Source: Cyanobacteriota bacterium (lineage in GTDB: Bacteria; Cyanobacteriota; Cyanobacteriia; Cyanobacteriales; Nostocaceae). Taken from it: a DNA stretch of 64,000 nucleotides. This document shows positions 1 through 9,604 of this stretch, one piece after another (position 1 is the first letter of the stretch; each line of letters starts with the position of its first letter). Below the pieces are notes generated by a model. The model did not search any database. It saw nothing but the letters and a program-made list of their open reading frames with translations, and had not been told where the DNA came from. The stretch spans positions 96,001 to 160,000 of the forward strand of contig JBJOKS010000002.1 of the NCBI GenBank assembly GCA_046045965.1, in the 5' to 3' direction. The position numbers were made by a program, and so were the translations under genes.

Positions 1-66
1 GGTCATTTCTCTACTGATAAAAATCTGGCAAAGTTTGCTAAAGTCTCAAACTTTTAACCTAAAAGC

Positions 67-143
67 CCACAGGTCAATTACTGGAATACTCTACCAGACA
101 TAATTATAGATATGTAGCCAAATTGGCTTTTTTTGACCTGTGG
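67..143 (-). terminator. Multi-branched inverted-repeat structure downstream of hglT (terminator or stabilising RNA)
   Basis: Perfect 11-bp outer stem CCACAGGTCAA/TTGACCTGTGG enclosing three small hairpins; followed on the minus strand by GCUUUU; 10 nt past the hglT stop. Confidence 0.55.
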
Positions 144-153
144 ACGATAATAA

Positions 154-1416
154 TTATGAGGACAACTCAACCTGTGGGGATATATCTACTAATTGGTAGA
201 GCTTATCTTCAAATTGTTGGCTACATACTGACCAATCAAATTCTAAGATAGAGGGGCGAGCTTGCTGAGATAATTGGGCTTTGAGTTCAGGATTTTCGAG
301 AATTACAATGATATTTTCGGCAAAATCTTTGGGGTTGTTGGGTTGAGCAAGAAAGCCATTATAACCAACTATTACTTGTTCAGCAGTTGAGGGAGCCAGA
401 GCAGCAACTACAGGAGTGCCAGAAGCTAAAGCTTCATTATTTGTAGTGCAGAAATTTTCCGTAACTGAAGGGTTAATAAAAACATCTGCTCTTGCGAACC
501 ATCCTAAAAGTTCTGTACCGTGAGATTCTCCCCAAATAGTTATACCATTAGGGAAATTTTGAGCGCGACGAGCAATTTCTTTATCTAAGGGACCGCTACC
601 AACGATGACTAAATGGACATCAGGAATTTTAGCAGCAATCAAGGGATAAGCATCTAAAAGTTGAGTAACATTTTTTTCTGCGGTGATGCGTCCCACAAAT
701 AAAATTGTCGGTCTTTTATCGTTGGGAATTGGATCATAGCAGATGTTACGGGGATGAAATTTTTCGCAATTAATTCCTTGATAGGGTACGTATTCACCAC
801 GTTGACATTTTAGTTGTTGGTACTTGGATAACTGTTCTCTTGAAGAAAATAAGTTGAGGTTGTAAGCCTCACTAAACTGCTTAACTAAAAGCGGAACAAT
901 GGGACGCAGTAATGCAAATAATACATTACCTAAATAATATCGGATATAGGCAACGATATCGGTATGAAAAACGGAGATGATGGGGGTTTTAGTGCGTTTG
1001 GCGTAATCAACTCCTACAGGTCGTCCATAACCTTGTAGGAAAACTGAGTATAGCCCTCTCATCTGGGCTGCTTCTTCAACTATGATGATGTCAGGTTGAA
1101 ACTTTTCTAGTAATTTAGTATCGCTCCAATGGCGATAGTGCAGTGGTTGAGGTAGAGATTTATAGAAAATGAGTGGTTCTGTGGGAAAAGCATAGGATGA
1201 AAAGTTGGGAAAAGATTGTAGTTCTTCTAATCCCGACATGGGACGATTCCCAACTTGTTTGCTGTACTTATTATTGATTTGTGGATGAATGAGAAAAACT
1301 TCGTGTCCTTGTTCAAGTAACCAATGGACTCGCTGATGTACTGCAACTGATACTCCTGTTAAAAAAGGAGCATATAAGCCTGTAAATAAGGCGATGCGGA
1401 GGGGTTGTTTTTTCAT
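154..1416 (-). CDS. hglT: Heterocyst glycolipid glycosyltransferase (GT4)
   Basis: GT-B fold motifs FVGRITAEKN and ENFCTTNNEALASGTPVV; terminal position in the hgl island. Confidence 0.85.
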   Translation of the reverse strand: MKKQPLRIALFTGLYAPFLTGVSVAVHQRVHWLLEQGHEVFLIHPQINNKYSKQVGNRPMSGLEELQSFPNFSSYAFPTEPLIFYKSLPQPLHYRHWSDTKLLEKFQPDIIIVEEAAQMRGLYSVFLQGYGRPVGVDYAKRTKTPIISVFHTDIVAYIRYYLGNVLFALLRPIVPLLVKQFSEAYNLNLFSSREQLSKYQQLKCQRGEYVPYQGINCEKFHPRNICYDPIPNDKRPTILFVGRITAEKNVTQLLDAYPLIAAKIPDVHLVIVGSGPLDKEIARRAQNFPNGITIWGESHGTELLGWFARADVFINPSVTENFCTTNNEALASGTPVVAALAPSTAEQVIVGYNGFLAQPNNPKDFAENIIVILENPELKAQLSQQARPSILEFDWSVCSQQFEDKLYQLVDISPQVELSS

Positions 1417-1522
1417 TGTTGAGTAAACTATTTCATGAATGTGCTGGATTTAGGATTTACGCAGCAACTATCATGAAACTCTTGGTTTCTGCGCTGATAA
1501 TTAATAAAATACCCCAATGAAA

Positions 1523-2782
1523 TTACAGAGAACTTTTGGGATCAATAGGTTGATCTAACCATTGATAAGGATGATATTCAACTAAGCGAATATGCCAAGG
1601 ACTTTTAATTTTATAGGTAAGTCCTCGCCAGGTAACTGTTGACATCCATAAGGAAGATAGCATTGCTAATCCATAAACCCATTGTGTTAACGGAATAGCA
1701 ATTAACATTTTGATGATTGTGGTTAGTAAAATTTCCGGAATTGGTTGTCCTTGGGAGCGAATTATTTCTTGTACCCCTAGTTCCATGACTAGCATCAACA
1801 AGAGTAATCCAATTGTGTAGATGCTATAGGATTTAAATAAGGAAAATGCTGTATTCCATTCTGTTGCTAACAAGAATCCTAAAGCTAATACAATGGTGAC
1901 GGTAGGAAAGAGAATACTGGAAACAGCATCACTGACTAAAGCTAACCAATTGGGGTGATAAAGTCGGGAACAAAGTATTAAGCGTTTGAGCGATGTGAAT
2001 AAGTTGGGTAAATCGCTTTCTTCCCGGTTAACCATTAACAAAGAAGGGACAAATTTTATCTTCCATCCGTGTTTTTTGATGACTTTGTGCATGAGCATAT
2101 CGTCACCAAAAGCTTCTCCCCATTTTTCCAATAATTCTGTTTGGTGGAGGACTTCTTTTTTAATGGCTAAACTTCCACCCCAAGGAACTTGAAATAGGAA
2201 CATTTGCACCACTGTAGAAACGTTGCCGGCATAGCGTACTAAAGAACCCCAATATTTACCTGTGGGTACATACCAACGGTTTCCTGTTGTTAGTCCTATT
2301 TTTTCATCGGTGAAAGGACTAACTAATTCTCTTAACCAATTAGTATGAACTATGGTATCAGCATCTACTAATGCAATTACTTGGTAAGAGTCATCTAAAT
2401 CTGAAACTGCTTGCACTAAAGAACTGCATTTGAGACTACAATTATGGCGTACTGTTCTGAGGGTACTAATTTGAAAATTAGTCGCACCAATTTCCGTGAT
2501 GACTTCTTTAGCAACTTTAAAAGCTGGATCTTCTGTACTATCAATGATCAGCTTTAAATCGTACTGTGGGTAGTTTTGTTTTAAGAGCGATCGCACACAA
2601 TTAGGTAAAAACGGATCAGCACCTCGTAAACAAAGAATTACTGCCGTTTTTGGTAACTGGTTATCTGATAATAATGGTTGTTTGTATGCACGCAGATACC
2701 ATAAAAATATCAGCGTGAAACATACCTGCATCACCAGCCAACCTATCAAAGAATTAGACAGAAATGTGGTCAAATCTTCCAT
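1523..2782 (-). CDS. Membrane GT2/GT21-like (ceramide glucosyltransferase-like) glycosyltransferase
   Basis: N-terminal TM, ILCLRGADP, SLKCSSL, VDADT (DxD), C-terminal TMs and VTWRG motif. Confidence 0.8.
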   Translation of the reverse strand: MEDLTTFLSNSLIGWLVMQVCFTLIFLWYLRAYKQPLLSDNQLPKTAVILCLRGADPFLPNCVRSLLKQNYPQYDLKLIIDSTEDPAFKVAKEVITEIGATNFQISTLRTVRHNCSLKCSSLVQAVSDLDDSYQVIALVDADTIVHTNWLRELVSPFTDEKIGLTTGNRWYVPTGKYWGSLVRYAGNVSTVVQMFLFQVPWGGSLAIKKEVLHQTELLEKWGEAFGDDMLMHKVIKKHGWKIKFVPSLLMVNREESDLPNLFTSLKRLILCSRLYHPNWLALVSDAVSSILFPTVTIVLALGFLLATEWNTAFSLFKSYSIYTIGLLLLMLVMELGVQEIIRSQGQPIPEILLTTIIKMLIAIPLTQWVYGLAMLSSLWMSTVTWRGLTYKIKSPWHIRLVEYHPYQWLDQPIDPKSSL

Positions 2783-2845
2783 TAGTTATGAGTCATTGGT
2801 GATTAGAAATAGTTACTTCTTTCGCTGTTCCCTATCACCTATTCT

Positions 2846-3319
2846 CTAGGGATCAAGAGAATATTTCATGGTGATATTGATAGTTGTATTTTTGGTCATT
2901 TTAAAGCTGGTGTTGCGGAATTTTGGTGTACCAGTTTGGATGGAAACAATAGGATTTCTGGAAACTCCAAATCCTTCTTGGGGAATACCAAAAAAGTCTT
3001 TGTTGAGTTTTGTATCTCCATTTTGATCGTCAACTACTGCTACAGCATAAGTGCCAGGTTTTAAACCAGAAAATACCTTTTTAACAGAACTACCAGTAAT
3101 CTTAGTGCAGCCACTTTGAACTTCACTGATATCACTGTAAGGAAATCCTTTTTCAGAGTCATAAATTCTCAAACAAATTTCCCCTGTTTTATTGCGTATA
3201 CCATTCACAATTACAGTGAGTGCTGTGGTTGGTTCTGCATGAACAGTGTTAGCACAACTTAAACTTAATAAAGTCGCTAACAATAGATAGGAAATGCGAG
3301 CAATTTTCAACATAAGCAC
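2846..3319 (-). CDS. DUF2141 family exported protein
   Basis: Signal peptide; GTYAVAVVDDQNGD...FFGIPQEGFGVSRNP motif. Confidence 0.8.
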   Translation of the reverse strand: MLMLKIARISYLLLATLLSLSCANTVHAEPTTALTVIVNGIRNKTGEICLRIYDSEKGFPYSDISEVQSGCTKITGSSVKKVFSGLKPGTYAVAVVDDQNGDTKLNKDFFGIPQEGFGVSRNPIVSIQTGTPKFRNTSFKMTKNTTINITMKYSLDP

Positions 3320-3353
3320 CTATATGTTTGTGTGTAGGTTAATTGATTTAATA

Positions 3354-4316
3354 TTAATTGTTTGTTAGTAATTTATTGGAGTGGATCATTTTTGCAGCCA
3401 TCCACAAATCTTTGAGTAATAAAGATTCTGTACCTGAGAGCTTTTTCGCAATGCTTAAATAACACAATATTTGCTCATACAAATTAAGTGGACTTTGACT
3501 AATAGAAAGTAAATACTCTTTGAAAATGCGCCAATGGGGAAACAAAATTTTGCCTTTGTTACCTGAATCAAACCATACAGAATATTCATAGAAATCTGGT
3601 AACATATCTAATGAATACTGAGGATTTTTATTAGTAAATAACAGGTAATTGGGAAAAAACATACTTAGAGATTGTTGGGGATGAATCCGGGCAAAAAATA
3701 AGTATTCGGGAAGTTCATAAAACTGTCCTAGCATTGCCAGCCTTAATAATAAAATACCATCTGCATTGCCGTAACCACCCATAGGAGGGATTTTTTTTAA
3801 GGCACTTTTGCGGATTACACCATACATTTGATAACACAGATGTTTAGTTAGTAATTCATCAAACCTGATTTGTGGTTTTTCTGAATTAGTATTGAGTTTA
3901 ATGTCATAGTGTTGGAGAAAATCACCATGTTCATTAATCAAAGATGTGTGAGAATGGCATAAGATATAATGGGGATTTTTCTCAAGTACCTGTATACATT
4001 TACTGATAAAATCGGAAGCGTGTAAATCGTCATAAGCTGCCCATTTAAAGTATTCGCTCGTAGACAATTCAAAAACACGATTGAAATTACAAGCACAACC
4101 AATATTACTGGCGTTACGATAGTAACGAATTCGTTGATCTTGTGCAGCGTAATTTCTACAAATTTCCTCCGTATTATCTGTAGAAGCGTTATCTGAGATA
4201 ATTAACTCAAAGTCACTAAAAGTCTGATTTAATAGGGAATTTAGAGACTCTTTGAGAAATTTTCCGCCGTTGTATACAGGTAGTCCAATACTTAATTTTG
4301 GCTGAGATTTATACAT
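3354..4316 (-). CDS. Glycosyltransferase family 2 (start probably MYKSQPK at 4316)
   Basis: SIGLPVYNG, IISDNASTD, WAAYDD GT-A motifs. Confidence 0.85.
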   Translation of the reverse strand: MYKSQPKLSIGLPVYNGGKFLKESLNSLLNQTFSDFELIISDNASTDNTEEICRNYAAQDQRIRYYRNASNIGCACNFNRVFELSTSEYFKWAAYDDLHASDFISKCIQVLEKNPHYILCHSHTSLINEHGDFLQHYDIKLNTNSEKPQIRFDELLTKHLCYQMYGVIRKSALKKIPPMGGYGNADGILLLRLAMLGQFYELPEYLFFARIHPQQSLSMFFPNYLLFTNKNPQYSLDMLPDFYEYSVWFDSGNKGKILFPHWRIFKEYLLSISQSPLNLYEQILCYLSIAKKLSGTESLLLKDLWMAAKMIHSNKLLTNN

Positions 4317-4340
4317 ATGCCATTCCCCCAATCATTTATA

Positions 4341-5345
4341 CTACTTCATCAATTTTTGAATGTCAGTTTTTTGCAACCATTGATGAGTGCGCTTCATGCC
4401 TTCTTCTAAGTCAATTTTGGGTTTATAATTTAAAATGTTTGTAGCCTTAGCAATAGAATAAGGGTATGGACGACTCATAAAATCAACAGACTCAGGGAGA
4501 ATATCGGCTTTTTTACGAAACAGTTTTTGTCCTTGGTTACGCACTCGGAGAAACAATTTCATTTCCTCTTTAGGAAGAGACATTGGTGCAGGTAAACCTT
4601 CCATTGCTGCTAAGTGAATAAAATACTCTTTCCAAGAAGTTTCTTGGCCATCTGTGATATTAAATATTTCGCCATAGGTTTCTTTTCCTATAGCTAAAAA
4701 TATGGCATCAATTAAGTTGTCCACATACAAATGATTCATCACACCCTTACCCTCATTTGCATAGGCAAATAATTTTTGTCGCATCATCAATACTGGCCGC
4801 ACTATCCAAGGAATACTTCCAGGTCCATAAACATCTCCAGCACGAATGATGATAACTCCAAAATCTGGGGATGAATTAAGTTTTAAAACTTCTGTTTCGG
4901 CTTCAATTTTTGTTTGACAGTAGGGATTATTTTCACTAGAAACTGTCCCGGTTTCTGTAATATTATTGGCATAGTTAAAGCCATAAACTAGGACGGTAGA
5001 AAGATGTACAAATGTTTTGACACCAGCTTGTTTTGCAGCTTTGGCTATGTTGAGAGTTCCATTAACATTGATTTCTCGAAAGTGTTTAAGTTCTCCTGCT
5101 TCTTCTGCAAGTTGAGCGGTGTGCAGAATAATATCTACTCCCTGACAAGCTTTTTGAGCAATTTTTTCGTCAGTGATGCTACCAACAATAATTTCAACTC
5201 CTAAGTTTTGCAGGTTTTTATCATTAACTGAAGAAGTTTGTAAACCGCGTACTTTTAAACCTTGAGCTATAGCTAATTCTGCTGCACGTAAACCGATAAA
5301 CTCGTCAGTTCCAGTGATAAGAATAGTTTTGTTGTTGAGGTTCAT
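4341..5345 (-). CDS. hgdA: NAD-dependent epimerase/dehydratase
   Basis: Extended SDR with YCQTK catalytic motif and atypical TGTDEFIG Rossmann loop; directly downstream of hgdC. Confidence 0.75.
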   Translation of the reverse strand: MNLNNKTILITGTDEFIGLRAAELAIAQGLKVRGLQTSSVNDKNLQNLGVEIIVGSITDEKIAQKACQGVDIILHTAQLAEEAGELKHFREINVNGTLNIAKAAKQAGVKTFVHLSTVLVYGFNYANNITETGTVSSENNPYCQTKIEAETEVLKLNSSPDFGVIIIRAGDVYGPGSIPWIVRPVLMMRQKLFAYANEGKGVMNHLYVDNLIDAIFLAIGKETYGEIFNITDGQETSWKEYFIHLAAMEGLPAPMSLPKEEMKLFLRVRNQGQKLFRKKADILPESVDFMSRPYPYSIAKATNILNYKPKIDLEEGMKRTHQWLQKTDIQKLMK

Positions 5346-5398
5346 AGTATTAATTAGTAAATATGTGGGCTTGAATTTGTGAATTTGATTCAGGTTGC

Positions 5399-6577
5399 TT
5401 AGAAAATATCAGCCGGATCTGCGGAACGAAGTTTATTAATTGCCAACGCTCCAGAAGTTATGCAAATTAAAACTGTGGAAGTTAAAACAATTAGGGCATT
5501 ATTAGAAGTCATCATGATGGGTAATTTAGTTGCTTGCATAGCAAAATCATATAAAGCAACGGAACCAAGAAATCCTGGTATATAAGCTAGTAAAGCTAAG
5601 ATTAATGCTTGTTGAAAAACCACATTTAATAAGTAACCGTTGGCATAACCGATGGCTTTTAAGGTGGCATAGGCAATAAATTGAGTGGCAATATTGCTGT
5701 AAAGAATTTGATAGACAATAACTACACCCACTACAGAAGCCATTGTTAACATCAAGTTGAGAATGAAACCAATGGGTGTTCTTGCAGCCCAATATTGTTT
5801 TTCAAAATCAATAAATTGGGGACGGGTAAAAATCTGCACATCATTAGGTAAACTGGCTTGCAAATTTTTTAGAACCTGATTTGGATCAACACCTGGTTTG
5901 AGTTTAATGATACCTACATCTATATTTTCTGCGGGACGGACAAGAGGATTTATTCTTAAAAAAGTTGAGTCACTAACAATTAGATTTCCATCAACACCAA
6001 AGGAAGGACCTAAACTGAATAAACCGCCTACTCTGACTCGATAACCTTGGAGAGAATCGAAGGAAAAAATTTCAATTGTTTGCCCTGTATTTCCCTGATC
6101 AAATTTTTCGGCTATGGGACCAAATTCTGGACGAGAATCTCTATCAAATAGCATGACATCAGGAATTTTCAGCTTGTCTAAATTCTGCTCAATTTCTGGG
6201 ATATTCATGACTGGTTTACCTGGATCGAAACCAATTACATAGATTGAATATTTTTCACCAGTAGCAGGATTTTTTAATTTTGCAAATTGCAAATACATAG
6301 GGCTAACTGATTCGACACCATTAAACCCTAATGTTTGGTACAAACGATTTCGAGAAAAGCTTTGATTAGAAGTCAAAGATTTATATTGAGAACTGACTAA
6401 AAATAAATCACCTTTGAGATTTTGATGTACTGCTGTAGCACTAGAATAAAGTGCATCTTGGAAACCAAGTTGAATGAACATGAGCAGCACAATAAAAGCA
6501 ATTCCAGCGACAGCTACAACAAAACGGATTTTTTGCTGGGCTAACTGTAGCCATGCTAAAGGAATTTTAACATTCAT
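5399..6577 (-). CDS. hgdC: DevC-family ABC exporter permease
   Basis: IPLAWLQL start, FtsX-like TMs, EYATLKAIGY-type motif, KLRSADPADIF end. Confidence 0.9.
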   Translation of the reverse strand: MNVKIPLAWLQLAQQKIRFVVAVAGIAFIVLLMFIQLGFQDALYSSATAVHQNLKGDLFLVSSQYKSLTSNQSFSRNRLYQTLGFNGVESVSPMYLQFAKLKNPATGEKYSIYVIGFDPGKPVMNIPEIEQNLDKLKIPDVMLFDRDSRPEFGPIAEKFDQGNTGQTIEIFSFDSLQGYRVRVGGLFSLGPSFGVDGNLIVSDSTFLRINPLVRPAENIDVGIIKLKPGVDPNQVLKNLQASLPNDVQIFTRPQFIDFEKQYWAARTPIGFILNLMLTMASVVGVVIVYQILYSNIATQFIAYATLKAIGYANGYLLNVVFQQALILALLAYIPGFLGSVALYDFAMQATKLPIMMTSNNALIVLTSTVLICITSGALAINKLRSADPADIF

Positions 6578-6669
6578 ATATTTTGTTATTAGTCATTAGT
6601 TATTAGTCATTATTTAATGGTGATTGGTAATGGGGTTAGTTATTCCCCTATTTCCTTTATTCCTAATGA

Positions 6670-7878
6670 CTAGATTTGAATAGAAACATCTACCTGCAAG
6701 TTAGTTAAGCGAGATACATTTTTGCTATCAGTGGGATTATCCAGGGATATTTTTACTTCAACAATTCTGCGATCTGTATCTGAAGTGGGGTTAATACTAA
6801 AGATTTTTTGTCTGTCAACTTGCCAACCAATTTCTCTGACTGTTCCTTGTATTTTTTCAGAAAATGCAGGACTGGTGATGATGGCTTTTTGCCCAACACG
6901 CACTTTTTGAATATCGGTTTGATAAACTTCAGCAATTACATTCATTTCTGATGTTTTACCAAGTTCAGCAAAGCCAGGATTGGAAATTACTTCACCATTT
7001 TTGGTATGAATTTTCAAAATTCTGGCATCTTTGGGGGATTTGATATAAGTTAAATCGTGGTCTGCTTTGGCTTGTTGAATAGAAGTTTCAGCACTTTTAA
7101 CTTCACTTTCTGCCAATGCAACATCTACATTACGTACTTCTTTGATGCTGCTGAGTCTAGCTTTTGCTTCCTGAATTTGATCTTGTAAAGTGTTTTGAGT
7201 GCGGAGAAGAGTAGCTTTAGCTTCTGTTAATTGTTGCTGTGTTGTCTTAAGTTGTAAGGCTTTAGTATCGGCAATGGAAGCTGAAATTGCACCATCTTTA
7301 TATAATTGCTGATAGCGATCGCTCTCTTTTTGAGCATTATCTACTTCTGCTTGAATACGGCTAATTGTTGCATTTTGAGCAGCAATTTCACCTTTTAATT
7401 GTGACTCTAAACGAGTTACTGTTGCTTTTTGAGCATTAATATCACCTGGTTTTGCTCCAGCTTTTACCTGTGCAAGTTTAGATTTTGCCACTAGCAATTT
7501 ATCAAAAGCCTGTTTAATAGCAGTTTTAGAGCGTTCATAATTCTCTAAATAAGCTAATACTTGTCCGGTTTTTACTTCGTCTCCTTCAGCTACTAACAGC
7601 TTTTCTACCCGCACACCGTTGATAGAATTAGGAGCAGATAAATAAGTAATTTTGCCTTGTGGTTGCAAACGTCCTAAAGCAGTGACAGCAACTTTTACAG
7701 GAGGTGCTTTAGGGGAATTGATACCAGAAGATGGAACCGGAGAATGAGGTTTGATACTCAATTGAGAAAAACTGTAGAAAGATGCTAAACCAGCACCTAA
7801 AGCCAGGGAAGCTGCTAAAATTATTTTCCACTTCCTAGTAGCTTTTTTCAATAACTGGCTTTCTTTGTTTACTGCCAT
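6670..7878 (-). CDS. hgdB: DevB-family membrane fusion protein
   Basis: VTALGRLQP, long coiled coil, AEVYQTDI, LTNLQVDV; upstream of a devC homologue. Confidence 0.88.
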   Translation of the reverse strand: MAVNKESQLLKKATRKWKIILAASLALGAGLASFYSFSQLSIKPHSPVPSSGINSPKAPPVKVAVTALGRLQPQGKITYLSAPNSINGVRVEKLLVAEGDEVKTGQVLAYLENYERSKTAIKQAFDKLLVAKSKLAQVKAGAKPGDINAQKATVTRLESQLKGEIAAQNATISRIQAEVDNAQKESDRYQQLYKDGAISASIADTKALQLKTTQQQLTEAKATLLRTQNTLQDQIQEAKARLSSIKEVRNVDVALAESEVKSAETSIQQAKADHDLTYIKSPKDARILKIHTKNGEVISNPGFAELGKTSEMNVIAEVYQTDIQKVRVGQKAIITSPAFSEKIQGTVREIGWQVDRQKIFSINPTSDTDRRIVEVKISLDNPTDSKNVSRLTNLQVDVSIQI

Positions 7879-8106
7879 ATTTTTATTCCCATTATTATCT
7901 GATCAGGGATAGTCTTAATAGCGTAAATTACCTAAAAGAACTTATCCTTAATAGTTTTACTCTTCTTCAGTGGATAAGCCTAATTAGTTTTGTATGGATT
8001 GTTTTCAGAGTTTGTCGCCGCTATAGATAACAAGATGAACGGCAAAATAAACAGTGGTATTACTTCCAATTCTCCTCAGTTTTATCCTTAATTTGCGTTT
8101 CATGAA

Positions 8107-8120
8107 GTAGCGAGAAATAC
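8107..8120 (-). promoter_or_regulatory. Candidate NtcA box upstream of hgdB
   Basis: GTAGCGAGAAATAC = GTA-N8-TAC; on the minus strand an imperfect -10 (TAAAAC) follows 22 nt later. Confidence 0.5.
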
Positions 8121-9604
8121 AATAAAGCTCAATAAAATATTGGTTTCTAGATATATTGAATCTCTGATGCAATGAACTGGAAAAACTGAGTTAACTTAAA
8201 TTTAATTCTGCCAAAAGTATTTGATTTTGTCAACAAATAAACTCCAACTAATTTTCTTGATCTTAACAAACAATTGGTACTCAAAAACATAACTGAAAAT
8301 ATGTGTTTTATCTAGACCATTCTATTAAAAGCTCATAAATCAACCATTAAATCTGTATTTCTCTTATCAAATAAGGCTTTCTCAGGTGAAAATGTGCAGA
8401 TTCCATCACAATTTCACCCATTTGCACAGTGTAGAATCAGCCATTTGTGTGGATACTATTACATCTACTAAATTAATATTTGCTTTATAAATAACCACTT
8501 TGAGTAAGAAACTGAGTTATCTTAAAAATTCATCAAATACCAAAGCCGAATTATGATGTTTCTCTGAAAAAAAGATATTTATGTTCAAAACAAAGAGGTG
8601 TGTATTTAATTATTTGTGACTTACTAGACAATTTTTCAGTAAATCTTCATAGCTCAAGGTAAATAGACTGGATAACACCTAAATCCCCAAACCCTTGCCG
8701 CACAAATTCCAGTCAAAGATTATACGATTATACCGATTGAGTAGTTAAAAGTGAGTTCATGACCTCAAAATATTTTTGATAAACTTACTGTAAATGAACT
8801 ATTCAATTTCTATAAAGTGTGCTAGTCTTTGTATTAATTCAATATTTAAAAGCAGCAAAGGCATCAGTCAATTAATTGAACATGAACAGGAAAAAATACT
8901 ATAATCTAACCACTGTTGTTGGCACGATCAAACCGTTTAAGTATTTTTTATCTTGGCATGAATTTAGATTCAGGGTTGTGTTCTTTCTGTAACGAGCTTG
9001 GCAGCTTTTATTGGTCGAATCCCATAAAATATATTATCCTGGACGGTGAAACTGGCTATGGTCTTTATTAAGAGACAGAACGTTTTGATTAACACTAGTT
9101 ACGTTTCTGTATTGAAGCTAGATCATCCAAATGGGACAAGAAAAAAACACATTTCTAATTACATCCCTACTCTTGATGTTCCCTTCATTGGGATGCAATT
9201 CACCAATTTAGTACCTAAAGCACATCCAGAAAATTTTACTAGTTTCTGCAATATCTAGAGTCCTTTGTGTAGAGGTTCCTAAATTCTGTGGACAAAATTT
9301 ACCTTTCTAATATGCCCCAGTATTTACTCATAAAGTCTCTGATAAAACAACAAAAGGAAAGATAACCTTGTATAGTATTTTTCTAGGATTACAACGTTAC
9401 TAAATTGCATCACTACACCAGCAATGGCAATTATTTAGACGTGAAATTAAGGCAGTATTTACCGTGTAGTTTTGATGGATGAAAAGCCGGATTTCTTATG
9501 CAGCTAACTACTGCTGTTAAGCAGAAATAGCTTCATTATTTATGTGTAAGTGACAGGAATTACTGTAGCTAAATAATCCACAGTCCCCAAGATTACTCTA
9601 TGCC

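Noticed and set aside
67..143. tRNA gene
   Set aside because: No TTC T-loop, D-loop GG or CCA; acceptor-like stem too long.
1450..1463. TTAGGATTTACGCA IS-like end, with a reverse copy near 17192-17204
   Set aside because: Isolated single ends about 16 kb apart around core genes, no transposase; more likely independent MITE scars.
9046..9258. 70-aa GTG-start ORF upstream of hglE
   Set aside because: No RBS or recognisable motif; probably chance in the regulatory region.
9486..9491. GCCGGA as a DIF1 motif for hglE
   Set aside because: One mismatch and no convincing -10 element at the expected spacing.
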